Positions 55,428 to 64,000 of a stretch of DNA of 64,000 bases are shown piece after piece; position 1 is the stretch's first letter; every line of letters begins with the position of its first letter. The position numbers were made by a program, and so were the translations under genes. The stretch comes from Escherichia coli (lineage in GTDB: Bacteria > Pseudomonadota > Gammaproteobacteria > Enterobacterales > Enterobacteriaceae): assembly GCF_965641715.1 (NCBI RefSeq), contig NZ_OZ282453.1. One strand, written 5' to 3'. The notes beneath the pieces are model-generated. The model saw only the letters and a list, made by a program, of their open reading frames with translations, had not been told where the DNA came from and did no database searches.

Positions 55428-56807
55428 ATGGAACAGATAACAAAACCGCATTGTGGTGCACGGCTGGATCGCTTACCGGATTGCCGCTGGCATTCGTCAA
55501 TGTTTGCCATCGTCGCGTTTGGCTTGCTTGTCTGCTGGAGTAATGCCGTTGGTGGCTTGATCCTCGCGCAGCTGAAAGCGTTGGGCTGGACAGATAATTC
55601 CACCACAGCCACATTCTCAGCAATCACGACCGCCGGAATGTTTCTCGGTGCGCTGGTGGGCGGCATCATTGGCGACAAAACCGGTCGCAGAAATGCGTTC
55701 ATCCTCTATGAGGCCATTCATATTGCCTCGATGGTTGTCGGTGCTTTCTCACCGAATATGGATTTCCTTATTGCCTGCCGTTTTGTGATGGGAGTTGGGC
55801 TGGGAGCTTTACTGGTTACGCTGTTTGCTGGTTTCACCGAATATATGCCCGGTAGAAATCGTGGAACGTGGTCAAGTCGGGTTTCCTTTATTGGCAACTG
55901 GTCATATCCGCTCTGTTCATTGATAGCGATGGGACTCACGCCGCTGATTAGTGCAGAGTGGAACTGGCGGGTACAACTGCTTATCCCTGCAATATTGTCG
56001 CTTATCGCTACGGCGCTGGCCTGGCGCTACTTTCCTGAATCCCCGCGCTGGCTGGAATCGCGCGGACGGTATCAGGAAGCCGAGAAAGTCATGCGGAGTA
56101 TAGAAGAAGGCGTCATACACCAGACGGGTAAACCTTTGCCGCCCGTGGTTATTGCTGATGACGGTAAAACGCCACAAGCGGTGCCGTATTCAGCCTTACT
56201 GACAGGAGTATTACTGAAACGCGTGATATTAGGCTCTTGTGTGCTGATTGCCATGAACGTTGTGCAGTACACACTAATTAACTGGTTGCCAACGATATTC
56301 ATGACCCAGGGGATTAATTTAAAAGACTCGATTGTTTTAAATACCATGAGTATGTTTGGCGCGCCATTTGGCATTTTTATTGCCATGCTGGTGATGGATA
56401 AAATTCCGCGTAAAACAATGGGTGTGGGGCTATTAATCCTGATTGCGGTGCTCGGATATATCTATTCACTGCAAACCAGTATGTTGCTCATAACGTTGAT
56501 TGGTTTCTTCCTGATTACTTTTGTCTATATGTACGTTTGCTATGCCTCGGCAGTGTATGTCCCTGAGATCTGGCCGACAGAGGCCAAACTCCGTGGCTCC
56601 GGTCTGGCGAATGCGGTAGGGCGAATCAGTGGTATTGCCGCACCTTATGCCGTTGCAGTGCTGCTCAGTAGTTATGGCGTTACGGGAGTCTTTATTCTTC
56701 TGGGGGCGGTTTCAATTATTGTCGCAATTGCTATCGCCACTATTGGAATCGAAACCAAAGGTGTCTCCGTTGAAAGTTTAAGTATTGATGCAGTAGCCAA
56801 TAAATAA
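55428..56807 (+). CDS. ydjK: MFS sugar/metabolite transporter YdjK
   Basis: 459-aa 12-TM ORF with MFS signature (GDKTGRR). Confidence 0.85.
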   Translation: MEQITKPHCGARLDRLPDCRWHSSMFAIVAFGLLVCWSNAVGGLILAQLKALGWTDNSTTATFSAITTAGMFLGALVGGIIGDKTGRRNAFILYEAIHIASMVVGAFSPNMDFLIACRFVMGVGLGALLVTLFAGFTEYMPGRNRGTWSSRVSFIGNWSYPLCSLIAMGLTPLISAEWNWRVQLLIPAILSLIATALAWRYFPESPRWLESRGRYQEAEKVMRSIEEGVIHQTGKPLPPVVIADDGKTPQAVPYSALLTGVLLKRVILGSCVLIAMNVVQYTLINWLPTIFMTQGINLKDSIVLNTMSMFGAPFGIFIAMLVMDKIPRKTMGVGLLILIAVLGYIYSLQTSMLLITLIGFFLITFVYMYVCYASAVYVPEIWPTEAKLRGSGLANAVGRISGIAAPYAVAVLLSSYGVTGVFILLGAVSIIVAIAIATIGIETKGVSVESLSIDAVANK

Positions 56808-56822
56808 TACGGTGGATTCAAA

Positions 56823-57866
56823 ATGAAAAATTCAAAAGCAATATTGCAGGTGCCGGGCACAATGAAAATTATTTCAGCAGAAATACCAGTGCCTAAAGAA
56901 GATGAAGTTTTGATTAAAGTAGAATATGTCGGTATTTGTGGTTCAGATGTACATGGTTTTGAATCAGGTCCGTTTATTCCGCCTAAAGACCCAAATCAAG
57001 AAATTGGCCTGGGTCATGAATGCGCCGGGACGGTTGTGGCTGTGGGAAGCCGCGTGCGCAAATTTAAACCGGGGGATCGGGTAAATATCGAACCTGGCGT
57101 TCCTTGCGGTCACTGTCGTTACTGTCTGGAAGGCAAATATAACATCTGCCCGGACGTTGATTTTATGGCGACACAACCCAACTACCGCGGCGCATTAACG
57201 CACTATCTGTGTCATCCGGAGAGCTTTACTTACAAACTGCCCGACAATATGGACACGATGGAAGGGGCGCTGGTGGAGCCTGCCGCAGTCGGGATGCATG
57301 CCGCGATGCTGGCAGATGTTAAACCGGGTAAGAAGATAATTATTCTGGGAGCAGGTTGTATTGGTTTGATGACGTTGCAAGCGTGCAAATGCCTGGGAGC
57401 AACGGAAATTGCCGTCGTTGATGTGCTGGAAAAACGTCTGGCAATGGCGGAACAGCTTGGTGCGACAGTGGTTATTAACGGCGCAAAAGAAGACACTATT
57501 GCACGCTGTCAGCAATTTACCGAAGACATGGGCGCAGATATTGTTTTCGAAACAGCGGGTTCTGCGGTCACCGTTAAACAGGCACCTTATCTGGTAATGC
57601 GCGGCGGTAAAATTATGATTGTTGGTACTGTACCCGGCGATTCGGCAATCAATTTCCTCAAAATAAATCGCGAAGTTACTATCCAGACGGTATTCCGCTA
57701 CGCCAATCGTTATCCGGTCACGATTGAAGCTATTTCTTCAGGGCGATTCGATGTGAAATCGATGGTGACGCATATTTACGATTATCGGGATGTACAACAG
57801 GCATTTGAAGAGTCAGTTAACAATAAACGCGACATTATTAAAGGCGTTATTAAGATTAGCGATTAA
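56823..57866 (+). CDS. ydjJ: Zn-dependent sorbitol/threonine-dehydrogenase-like enzyme YdjJ
   Basis: 347-aa MDR ORF (CGSDVHGF..., CGHCRYCLEGKYNIC). Confidence 0.85.
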   Translation: MKNSKAILQVPGTMKIISAEIPVPKEDEVLIKVEYVGICGSDVHGFESGPFIPPKDPNQEIGLGHECAGTVVAVGSRVRKFKPGDRVNIEPGVPCGHCRYCLEGKYNICPDVDFMATQPNYRGALTHYLCHPESFTYKLPDNMDTMEGALVEPAAVGMHAAMLADVKPGKKIIILGAGCIGLMTLQACKCLGATEIAVVDVLEKRLAMAEQLGATVVINGAKEDTIARCQQFTEDMGADIVFETAGSAVTVKQAPYLVMRGGKIMIVGTVPGDSAINFLKINREVTIQTVFRYANRYPVTIEAISSGRFDVKSMVTHIYDYRDVQQAFEESVNNKRDIIKGVIKISD

Positions 57867-57886
57867 TTAATACGGGAGAACAGAAC

Positions 57887-58723
57887 ATGCTCGCAGATAT
57901 CAGATATTGGGAAAACGATGCCACAAATAAACGTTATGCTATTGCCCATTTTAATGTATGGAATGCAGAAATGTTGATGGGCGTTATCGACGCAGCCGAA
58001 GAAGCGAAATCACCGGTTATTATTTCTTTTGGCACAGGTTTTGTCGGCAACACCTCATTTGAAGATTTCTCTCACATGATGGTATCAATGGCACAAAAAG
58101 CAACGGTGCCGGTAATAACTCATTGGGATCATGGTCGGAGTATGGAGATTATTCATAACGCCTGGACTCATGGGATGAATTCATTAATGCGTGATGCTTC
58201 CGCATTTGATTTCGAAGAAAATATTCGTTTAACCAAAGAGGCTGTTGATTTTTTCCATCCGCTGGGTATTCCGGTAGAGGCGGAATTAGGGCATGTCGGT
58301 AATGAAACCGTTTATGAGGAAGCTCTGGCGGGCTATCACTATACCGATCCTGACCAGGCGGCTGAATTTGTTGAACGTACGGGCTGTGACTCATTGGCTG
58401 TCGCCATCGGCAACCAGCATGGGGTTTATACGTCAGAGCCACAATTGAACTTTGAGGTCGTCAAACGCGTACGCGATGCCGTGTCTGTTCCGCTGGTTTT
58501 GCATGGCGCATCGGGGATCAGTGATGCCGACATTAAAACTGCAATTTCGTTGGGTATCGCGAAAATCAACATCCATACGGAGCTCTGTCAGGCCGCAATG
58601 GTCGCAGTGAAAGAAAACCAGGATCAGCCTTTCCTGCATTTAGAACGTGAAGTACGTAAAGCTGTAAAAGAACGGGCATTGGAAAAAATTAAACTGTTCG
58701 GTTCTGATGGCAAAGCGGAATAA
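57887..58723 (+). CDS. ydjI: Class II (metal-dependent) fructose-bisphosphate-aldolase-family protein YdjI
   Basis: 278-aa ORF of the FbaA/GatY/KbaY family. Confidence 0.85.
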   Translation: MLADIRYWENDATNKRYAIAHFNVWNAEMLMGVIDAAEEAKSPVIISFGTGFVGNTSFEDFSHMMVSMAQKATVPVITHWDHGRSMEIIHNAWTHGMNSLMRDASAFDFEENIRLTKEAVDFFHPLGIPVEAELGHVGNETVYEEALAGYHYTDPDQAAEFVERTGCDSLAVAIGNQHGVYTSEPQLNFEVVKRVRDAVSVPLVLHGASGISDADIKTAISLGIAKINIHTELCQAAMVAVKENQDQPFLHLEREVRKAVKERALEKIKLFGSDGKAE

Positions 58724-58727
58724 TGAT

Positions 58728-59675
58728 ATGGATAATCTCGACGTTATTTGTATAGGTGCCGCTATTGTTGATATTCCATTGCAACCGGTCAGTAAAAATA
58801 TCTTTGATGTGGATTCTTATCCTCTTGAAAGAATCGCAATGACCACCGGGGGTGATGCAATAAATGAAGCAACAATTATTTCTCGTCTGGGCCATCGCAC
58901 AGCATTAATGAGTCGTGTTGGTAAAGATGCCGCAGGGCAGTTTATTCTCGACCATTGCCGCAAAGAGAATATTGATATTCAAAGCCTGAAACAGGACGTC
59001 AACATAGATACCTCTATTAACGTAGGACTGGTGACGGAGGATGGCGAGCGGACGTTTGTCACAAACCGTAACGGCAGTCTGTGGAAATTGAATATTGACG
59101 ATGTTGATTTTGCGCGGTTTTCTCAGGCGAAATTATTATCACTGGCCAGTATTTTCAACAGTCCACTATTAGATGGTAAAGCGCTAACAGAAATTTTTAC
59201 GCAAGCTAAAGCCCGGCAGATGATTATCTGTGCCGATATGATCAAACCGCGGTTGAATGAAACGCTGGATGATATTTGCGAAGCATTGAGTTATGTCGAT
59301 TATCTGTTTCCTAATTATGCCGAGGCAAAATTACTCACCGGGAAAGAGACACTGGATGAAATTGCTGACTGCTTTCTTGCGTGCGGCGTAAAAACGGTGG
59401 TGATTAAAACGGGTAAAGACGGCTGCTTTATCAAGCGTGGTGACATGACGATGAAGGTGCCGGCGGTCGCAGGAATAACCGCCATCGACACCATTGGCGC
59501 GGGCGATAACTTTGCTTCAGGTTTTATTGCGGCACTGTTAGAAGGCAAAAATCTGCGTGAATGCGCACGCTTTGCCAATGCAACGGCGGCTATCTCGGTT
59601 CTAAGCGTCGGTGCCACCACCGGCGTAAAAAACAGAAAGCTGGTCGAACAATTGCTGGAAGAATACGAAGGATAA
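58728..59675 (+). CDS. ydjH: PfkB/ribokinase-family sugar kinase YdjH
   Basis: PfkB C-terminal motif (GAGDNFASGF); start set at MDNLDVICIG (315 aa). Confidence 0.85.
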   Translation: MDNLDVICIGAAIVDIPLQPVSKNIFDVDSYPLERIAMTTGGDAINEATIISRLGHRTALMSRVGKDAAGQFILDHCRKENIDIQSLKQDVNIDTSINVGLVTEDGERTFVTNRNGSLWKLNIDDVDFARFSQAKLLSLASIFNSPLLDGKALTEIFTQAKARQMIICADMIKPRLNETLDDICEALSYVDYLFPNYAEAKLLTGKETLDEIADCFLACGVKTVVIKTGKDGCFIKRGDMTMKVPAVAGITAIDTIGAGDNFASGFIAALLEGKNLRECARFANATAAISVLSVGATTGVKNRKLVEQLLEEYEG

Positions 59676-59684
59676 TGAAGGCAA

Positions 59685-60665
59685 ATGAAAAAGATACCTT
59701 TAGGCACAACGGATATAACGCTTTCGCGAATGGGTTTGGGGACATGGGCCATTGGCGGCGGTCCTGCATGGAATGGCGATCTCGATCGGCAAATATGTAT
59801 TGATACGATTCTTGAAGCCCATCGTTGCGGCATTAATCTGATTGATACTGCGCCAGGATATAACTTTGGCAATAGTGAAGTTATCGTCGGTCAGGCGTTA
59901 AAAAAACTGCCCCGTGAACAGGTTGTAGTAGAAACCAAATGCGGCATTGTCTGGGAACGAAAAGGGAGTTTATTCAACAAAGTTGGCGATCGGCAGTTGT
60001 ATAAAAACCTTTCCCCGGAATCTATCCGCGAAGAGGTAGAAGCCAGCTTGCAACGTCTGGGTATTGATTACATCGATATCTACATGACGCACTGGCAGTC
60101 GGTGCCGCCATTTTATACGCCGATCGCTGAAACTGTCGCAGTGCTTAATGAGTTAAAGGCTGAAGGGAAAATTCGCGCTATAGGCGCTGCTAACGTCGAT
60201 GCTGACCATATCCGCGAGTATCTGCAATATGGTGAACTGGATATTATTCAGGCGAAATACAGTATCCTCGACCGGGCAATGGAAAACGAACTGCTGCCGC
60301 TATGTCGTGATAATGGCATTGTGGTTCAGGTTTATTCCCCGCTAGAGCAGGGATTGTTGACCGGCACCATCACTCGTGATTACGTTCCGGGCGGCGCTCG
60401 GGCAAATAAAGTCTGGTTCCAGCGTGAAAACATGCTGAAAGTGATTGATATGCTTGAACAGTGGCAGCCACTTTGTGCTCGTTATCAGTGCACAATTCCC
60501 ACTCTGGCACTGGCGTGGATATTAAAACAGAGTGATTTAATCTCCATTCTTAGTGGGGCTACTGCACCGGAACAGGTACGCGAAAATGTCGCGGCACTGA
60601 ATATCAACTTATCGGATGCAGACGCAACATTGATGAGGGAAATGGCAGAGGCCCTGGAGCGTTAA
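59685..60665 (+). CDS. ydjG: Aldo-keto reductase YdjG
   Basis: 326-aa AKR-family ORF. Confidence 0.85.
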   Translation: MKKIPLGTTDITLSRMGLGTWAIGGGPAWNGDLDRQICIDTILEAHRCGINLIDTAPGYNFGNSEVIVGQALKKLPREQVVVETKCGIVWERKGSLFNKVGDRQLYKNLSPESIREEVEASLQRLGIDYIDIYMTHWQSVPPFYTPIAETVAVLNELKAEGKIRAIGAANVDADHIREYLQYGELDIIQAKYSILDRAMENELLPLCRDNGIVVQVYSPLEQGLLTGTITRDYVPGGARANKVWFQRENMLKVIDMLEQWQPLCARYQCTIPTLALAWILKQSDLISILSGATAPEQVRENVAALNINLSDADATLMREMAEALER

Positions 60666-60687
60666 ATACTCAACACGATTCACCTCT

Positions 60688-60722
60688 GTTTCTGTGAAAA
60701 CTGTGATGAAAATCTGTGATTC
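60688..60722. promoter_or_regulatory. Three direct CTGTGA repeats upstream of ydjF (candidate DeoR/CRP-type operator)
   Basis: CTGTGA at 60692, 60701 and 60714 in the ydjG-ydjF intergenic region, 80-110 bp upstream of the ydjF GTG start. Confidence 0.3.
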
Positions 60723-60801
60723 AAACAGGTTATTTTGAAAGTAAACATCGGTTATGCGATAATCGTGCTAATGTGATGTAAAAAGATACAGGGGTGTAAT
60801 C

Positions 60802-61560
60802 GTGGCGGCAAAAGACAGGATTCAGGCAATTAAGCAAATGGTTGCCAACGATAAAAAGGTGACAGTCTCAAATTTGAGTGGGATTTTTCAGGTAACCGAA
60901 GAAACCATTCGCCGCGATCTTGAGAAGCTGGAAGATGAAGGCTTTTTGACCAGAACTTATGGTGGTGCTGTTTTAAATACAGCGATGTTGACGGAGAATA
61001 TTCATTTTTATAAGCGCGCTTCATCGTTTTATGAAGAGAAGCAGCTTATTGCACGCAAGGCACTACCCTTTATCGACAATAAAACCACCATGGCAGCCGA
61101 TTCCAGTAGTACCGTAATGGAATTGCTCAAATTGTTACAGGACCGTAGTGACCTGACGTTGCTAACCAACTCGGCGGAAGCGATTCATGTTCTGGCTCAG
61201 TCAGAAATTAAAGTCGTTTCAACGGGTGGGGAACTAAACAAAAATACACTTTCACTGCAAGGAAGAATTACTAAAGAGATCATCAGCCGCTATCATGTCG
61301 ATATCATGGTAATGAGTTGTAAAGGTCTTGATATTAACAGCGGCGCGCTGGACTCTAATGAAGCGGAAGCTGAAATCAAAAAGACAATGATCCGTCAGGC
61401 GACAGAAGTTGCGTTATTGGTTGATCACTCTAAGTTTGATCGCAAAGCTTTTGTCCAGTTAGCTGACTTTAGTCATATTAATTACATAATAACTGATAAA
61501 TCACCGGGTGCAGAGTGGATAGCATTTTGCAAAGACAATAATATCCAGCTGGTGTGGTAA
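60802..61560 (+). CDS. ydjF: DeoR-family transcriptional regulator YdjF (GTG start)
   Basis: 252-aa ORF with N-terminal DeoR HTH and C-terminal sugar-phosphate-binding domain. Confidence 0.85.
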   Translation: MAAKDRIQAIKQMVANDKKVTVSNLSGIFQVTEETIRRDLEKLEDEGFLTRTYGGAVLNTAMLTENIHFYKRASSFYEEKQLIARKALPFIDNKTTMAADSSSTVMELLKLLQDRSDLTLLTNSAEAIHVLAQSEIKVVSTGGELNKNTLSLQGRITKEIISRYHVDIMVMSCKGLDINSGALDSNEAEAEIKKTMIRQATEVALLVDHSKFDRKAFVQLADFSHINYIITDKSPGAEWIAFCKDNNIQLVW

Positions 61561-61677
61561 TTTAAGCACACGTTGTCAATATTATTTGTTCCTGCGCCTG
61601 GAAATAAAATGATGATAAAGATGCGGCAAGTGAATTTGCCGCAATTGCTACCTTTTTTAGCAAATCCGAGGCACCCA

Positions 61678-63036
61678 ATGGAACAATATGATCAAATTGG
61701 CGCAAGACTGGACCGCTTGCCTTTGGCCCGGTTTCATTATCGTATATTTGGTATTATAAGCTTTAGTCTGTTATTAACAGGGTTTTTGAGTTACTCCGGT
61801 AATGTCGTCTTAGCAAAGCTGGTAAGCAATGGATGGTCAAATAATTTCCTCAATGCCGCCTTTACCTCGGCATTAATGTTTGGTTATTTCATCGGCTCTC
61901 TTACCGGTGGGTTCATCGGTGATTACTTTGGGCGGCGCAGGGCGTTTCGCATAAATCTTCTCATCGTCGGTATTGCTGCAACAGGGGCCGCTTTTGTCCC
62001 TGATATGTACTGGCTCATCTTCTTTCGCTTCCTGATGGGAACAGGAATGGGGGCGCTGATTATGGTTGGCTATGCCTCATTTACGGAGTTTATCCCCGCG
62101 ACGGTGCGTGGAAAATGGTCCGCGCGGCTCTCATTTGTTGGTAACTGGTCGCCCATGCTGTCTGCGGCGATAGGTGTGGTGGTTATCGCTTTTTTTAGTT
62201 GGCGGATAATGTTTCTGTTGGGTGGTATTGGCATACTGTTAGCCTGGTTTCTCTCAGGTAAATACTTTATCGAGTCGCCACGATGGCTGGCAGGGAAAGG
62301 GCAAATCGCAGGTGCAGAATGCCAACTTCGTGAAGTAGAGCAGCAAATTGAAAGAGAGAAGAGTATTCGTTTACCCCCGCTTACTTCGTATCAGAGCAAC
62401 AGCAAGGTTAACGTAATCAAGGGTACTTTCTGGCTCCTGTTTAAAGGTGAAATGTTACGACGTACATTAGTCGCGATTACTGTTTTAATTGCAATGAACA
62501 TTTCGCTTTATACCATCACCGTATGGATACCGACCATATTTGTTAACTCCGGCATTGATGTCGATAAATCAATATTAATGACCGCTGTTATTATGATTGG
62601 CGCTCCGGTAGGAATATTTATTGCGGCATTAATTATTGATCATTTTCCTCGTCGGTTATTTGGCTCCACCTTACTTATTATTATTGCCGTGTTAGGCTAT
62701 ATCTATTCAATTCAGACTACAGAGTGGGCGATTTTAATCTATGGCCTGGTGATGATCTTCTTTTTATACATGTATGTTTGCTTCGCGTCGGCGGTTTATA
62801 TCCCGGAGCTTTGGCCAACGCATTTACGCCTGCGCGGTTCGGGTTTCGTTAATGCCGTCGGACGGATCGTCGCAGTCTTCACGCCCTATGGCGTTGCGGC
62901 ATTATTAACACATTATGGGTCGATCACGGTGTTTATGGTGCTTGGTGTTATGTTAGTGCTCTGTGCGCTGGTTCTCTCTATTTTTGGCATCGAAACGCGG
63001 AAGGTGTCGTTGGAAGAGATTTCTGAGGTGAATTAA
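61678..63036 (+). CDS. ydjE: MFS transporter YdjE
   Basis: 12-TM MFS paralogous to YdjK (same GDxxGRR motif); start set at MEQYDQIGARL (452 aa), track ORF begins 35 codons earlier. Confidence 0.8.
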   Translation: MEQYDQIGARLDRLPLARFHYRIFGIISFSLLLTGFLSYSGNVVLAKLVSNGWSNNFLNAAFTSALMFGYFIGSLTGGFIGDYFGRRRAFRINLLIVGIAATGAAFVPDMYWLIFFRFLMGTGMGALIMVGYASFTEFIPATVRGKWSARLSFVGNWSPMLSAAIGVVVIAFFSWRIMFLLGGIGILLAWFLSGKYFIESPRWLAGKGQIAGAECQLREVEQQIEREKSIRLPPLTSYQSNSKVNVIKGTFWLLFKGEMLRRTLVAITVLIAMNISLYTITVWIPTIFVNSGIDVDKSILMTAVIMIGAPVGIFIAALIIDHFPRRLFGSTLLIIIAVLGYIYSIQTTEWAILIYGLVMIFFLYMYVCFASAVYIPELWPTHLRLRGSGFVNAVGRIVAVFTPYGVAALLTHYGSITVFMVLGVMLVLCALVLSIFGIETRKVSLEEISEVN

Positions 63037-63128
63037 ATCTTTCGTTGATGGCATCAATTGCCAGATGTGCCACTGACGTGTTTTATTTGGCCTACAATGC
63101 CAGTACAGAATTGTAGGCCAGCGTAAAA

Positions 63129-63770
63129 TTACCCCTGCGTCTCTTCCCAGTCTGCCAGCGTATATAGCGTTGCCCCAGCTGCTGACATCTCCATAAACGC
63201 GTGCGCACTGTCCTGTGGCTGAATATTCACGCCACGACAACCATCGGTAATCACGTTCACCTTATAACCTAACTGTAACGCATCCAGCACGGTAAACTTC
63301 ACGCAATAGTCAGTAGCCAGGCCCATAACGATCAATTCATCGATTTCATGATCGCGTAACCAGTCATCGAGCGTGGTTTTCTGCCGACGGCCGTTATCAA
63401 AAAAGGCACTGTAACTGTCAACTAAAGGATTTTCGCCTTTATGGAACACCGCTGCGATCGCTTTTTGGTTCAGTAACGGATGTAATTGTGCGCCTTCACT
63501 GTTCTGCACACAGTGATCTGGCCAGAAGGTTTGTGGCAAACCGTCGAGTTGACCTGGCGTATAAGGCTCGACACTGTGCTGACTGGCAAAACTGCCGTGA
63601 TTCGCCGGGTGCCAGTCCTGACTGGCGATAACCGCTTCACCGCGCGACTGGCACCAGTCAATCAGGCGGTTAGCGACATCCACCGTACTGTCACCTTCCG
63701 GCACGGCGAGCGCGCCACCAGCACAGAAATCATTTTGTAAATCGACCAGTAACAGGGCGCGAGGGGGCAT
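63129..63770 (-). CDS. pncA: Nicotinamidase/pyrazinamidase PncA
   Basis: Isochorismatase-like fold; start set at MPPRALLLVDLQNDF (213 aa). Confidence 0.9.
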   Translation of the reverse strand: MPPRALLLVDLQNDFCAGGALAVPEGDSTVDVANRLIDWCQSRGEAVIASQDWHPANHGSFASQHSVEPYTPGQLDGLPQTFWPDHCVQNSEGAQLHPLLNQKAIAAVFHKGENPLVDSYSAFFDNGRRQKTTLDDWLRDHEIDELIVMGLATDYCVKFTVLDALQLGYKVNVITDGCRGVNIQPQDSAHAFMEMSAAGATLYTLADWEETQG

Positions 63771-63780
63771 TGCAGTCTCC

Positions 63781-64000
63781 TTAATCATCCGGCGTCAGTT
63801 CGCCGCGCAGGTTTTGGCTCATGGCCTTGCGAATGGTTTCAGTATCCAGTTCCTGGCTAAGCAGGTAATGCAGTTTGGTTAGCGTGGCTTCTACAGTCAT
63901 ATCTGCACCGCCAATAACGCCAGCATGGGCGAGGGCGTTACCGGTGGCATAACCACCCATATTCACTTTACCGGACATACATTGTGTCAGGTTGACCACC
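63781..64000 (-). CDS. ansA: L-asparaginase 1 AnsA, C-terminal part (5' end beyond window)
   Basis: ORF open to the window edge; C-terminal sequence ...TLTKLHYLLSQELDTETIRKAMSQNLRGELTPDD. Confidence 0.8.
   Translation of the reverse strand, partial: VVNLTQCMSGKVNMGGYATGNALAHAGVIGGADMTVEATLTKLHYLLSQELDTETIRKAMSQNLRGELTPDD

Overview
This window reads as a contiguous piece of Escherichia coli core chromosome, K-12-like, running from the 3' end of prc through htpX, kdgR, cspC, mntP, manXYZ, sdaA, pabB, fadD, rnd, the yea/yoa gene block, gapA and the ydjLKJIHGFE cluster to pncA and the 3' end of ansA. Gene identities are my recognition of the translated ORFs from memory; no database search was run. 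From recollection this corresponds to roughly 1.85-1.91 Mb of MG1655, reverse-complemented. I found about 75 protein-coding genes (including 8 small genes below the 60-aa ORF-track cutoff), several intrinsic terminators, one riboswitch-like leader and one insertion sequence. I saw no rRNA, tRNA, CRISPR array, prophage or obvious foreign island, though tRNAs and small RNAs cannot be fully excluded by eye. I do not see a convincing previously undescribed system here. The one clearly strain-specific feature is an IS186 copy (about 1338 bp, perfect 22-bp terminal inverted repeats, 11-bp target duplication GGGGTTTACCC) inserted into codon 41-42 of yeaR, splitting the NsrR-regulated yeaR-yoaG operon. 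The best places for under-characterised biology are the cryptic ydjLKJIHG/ydjF/ydjE sugar-catabolic cluster with repeat motifs in its promoter regions, the yeaG-yeaH kinase module, the yeaV-yeaW-yeaX oxygenase/transporter trio, a run of tiny membrane-protein genes, and the mntP leader with an upstream CATAGC palindrome.
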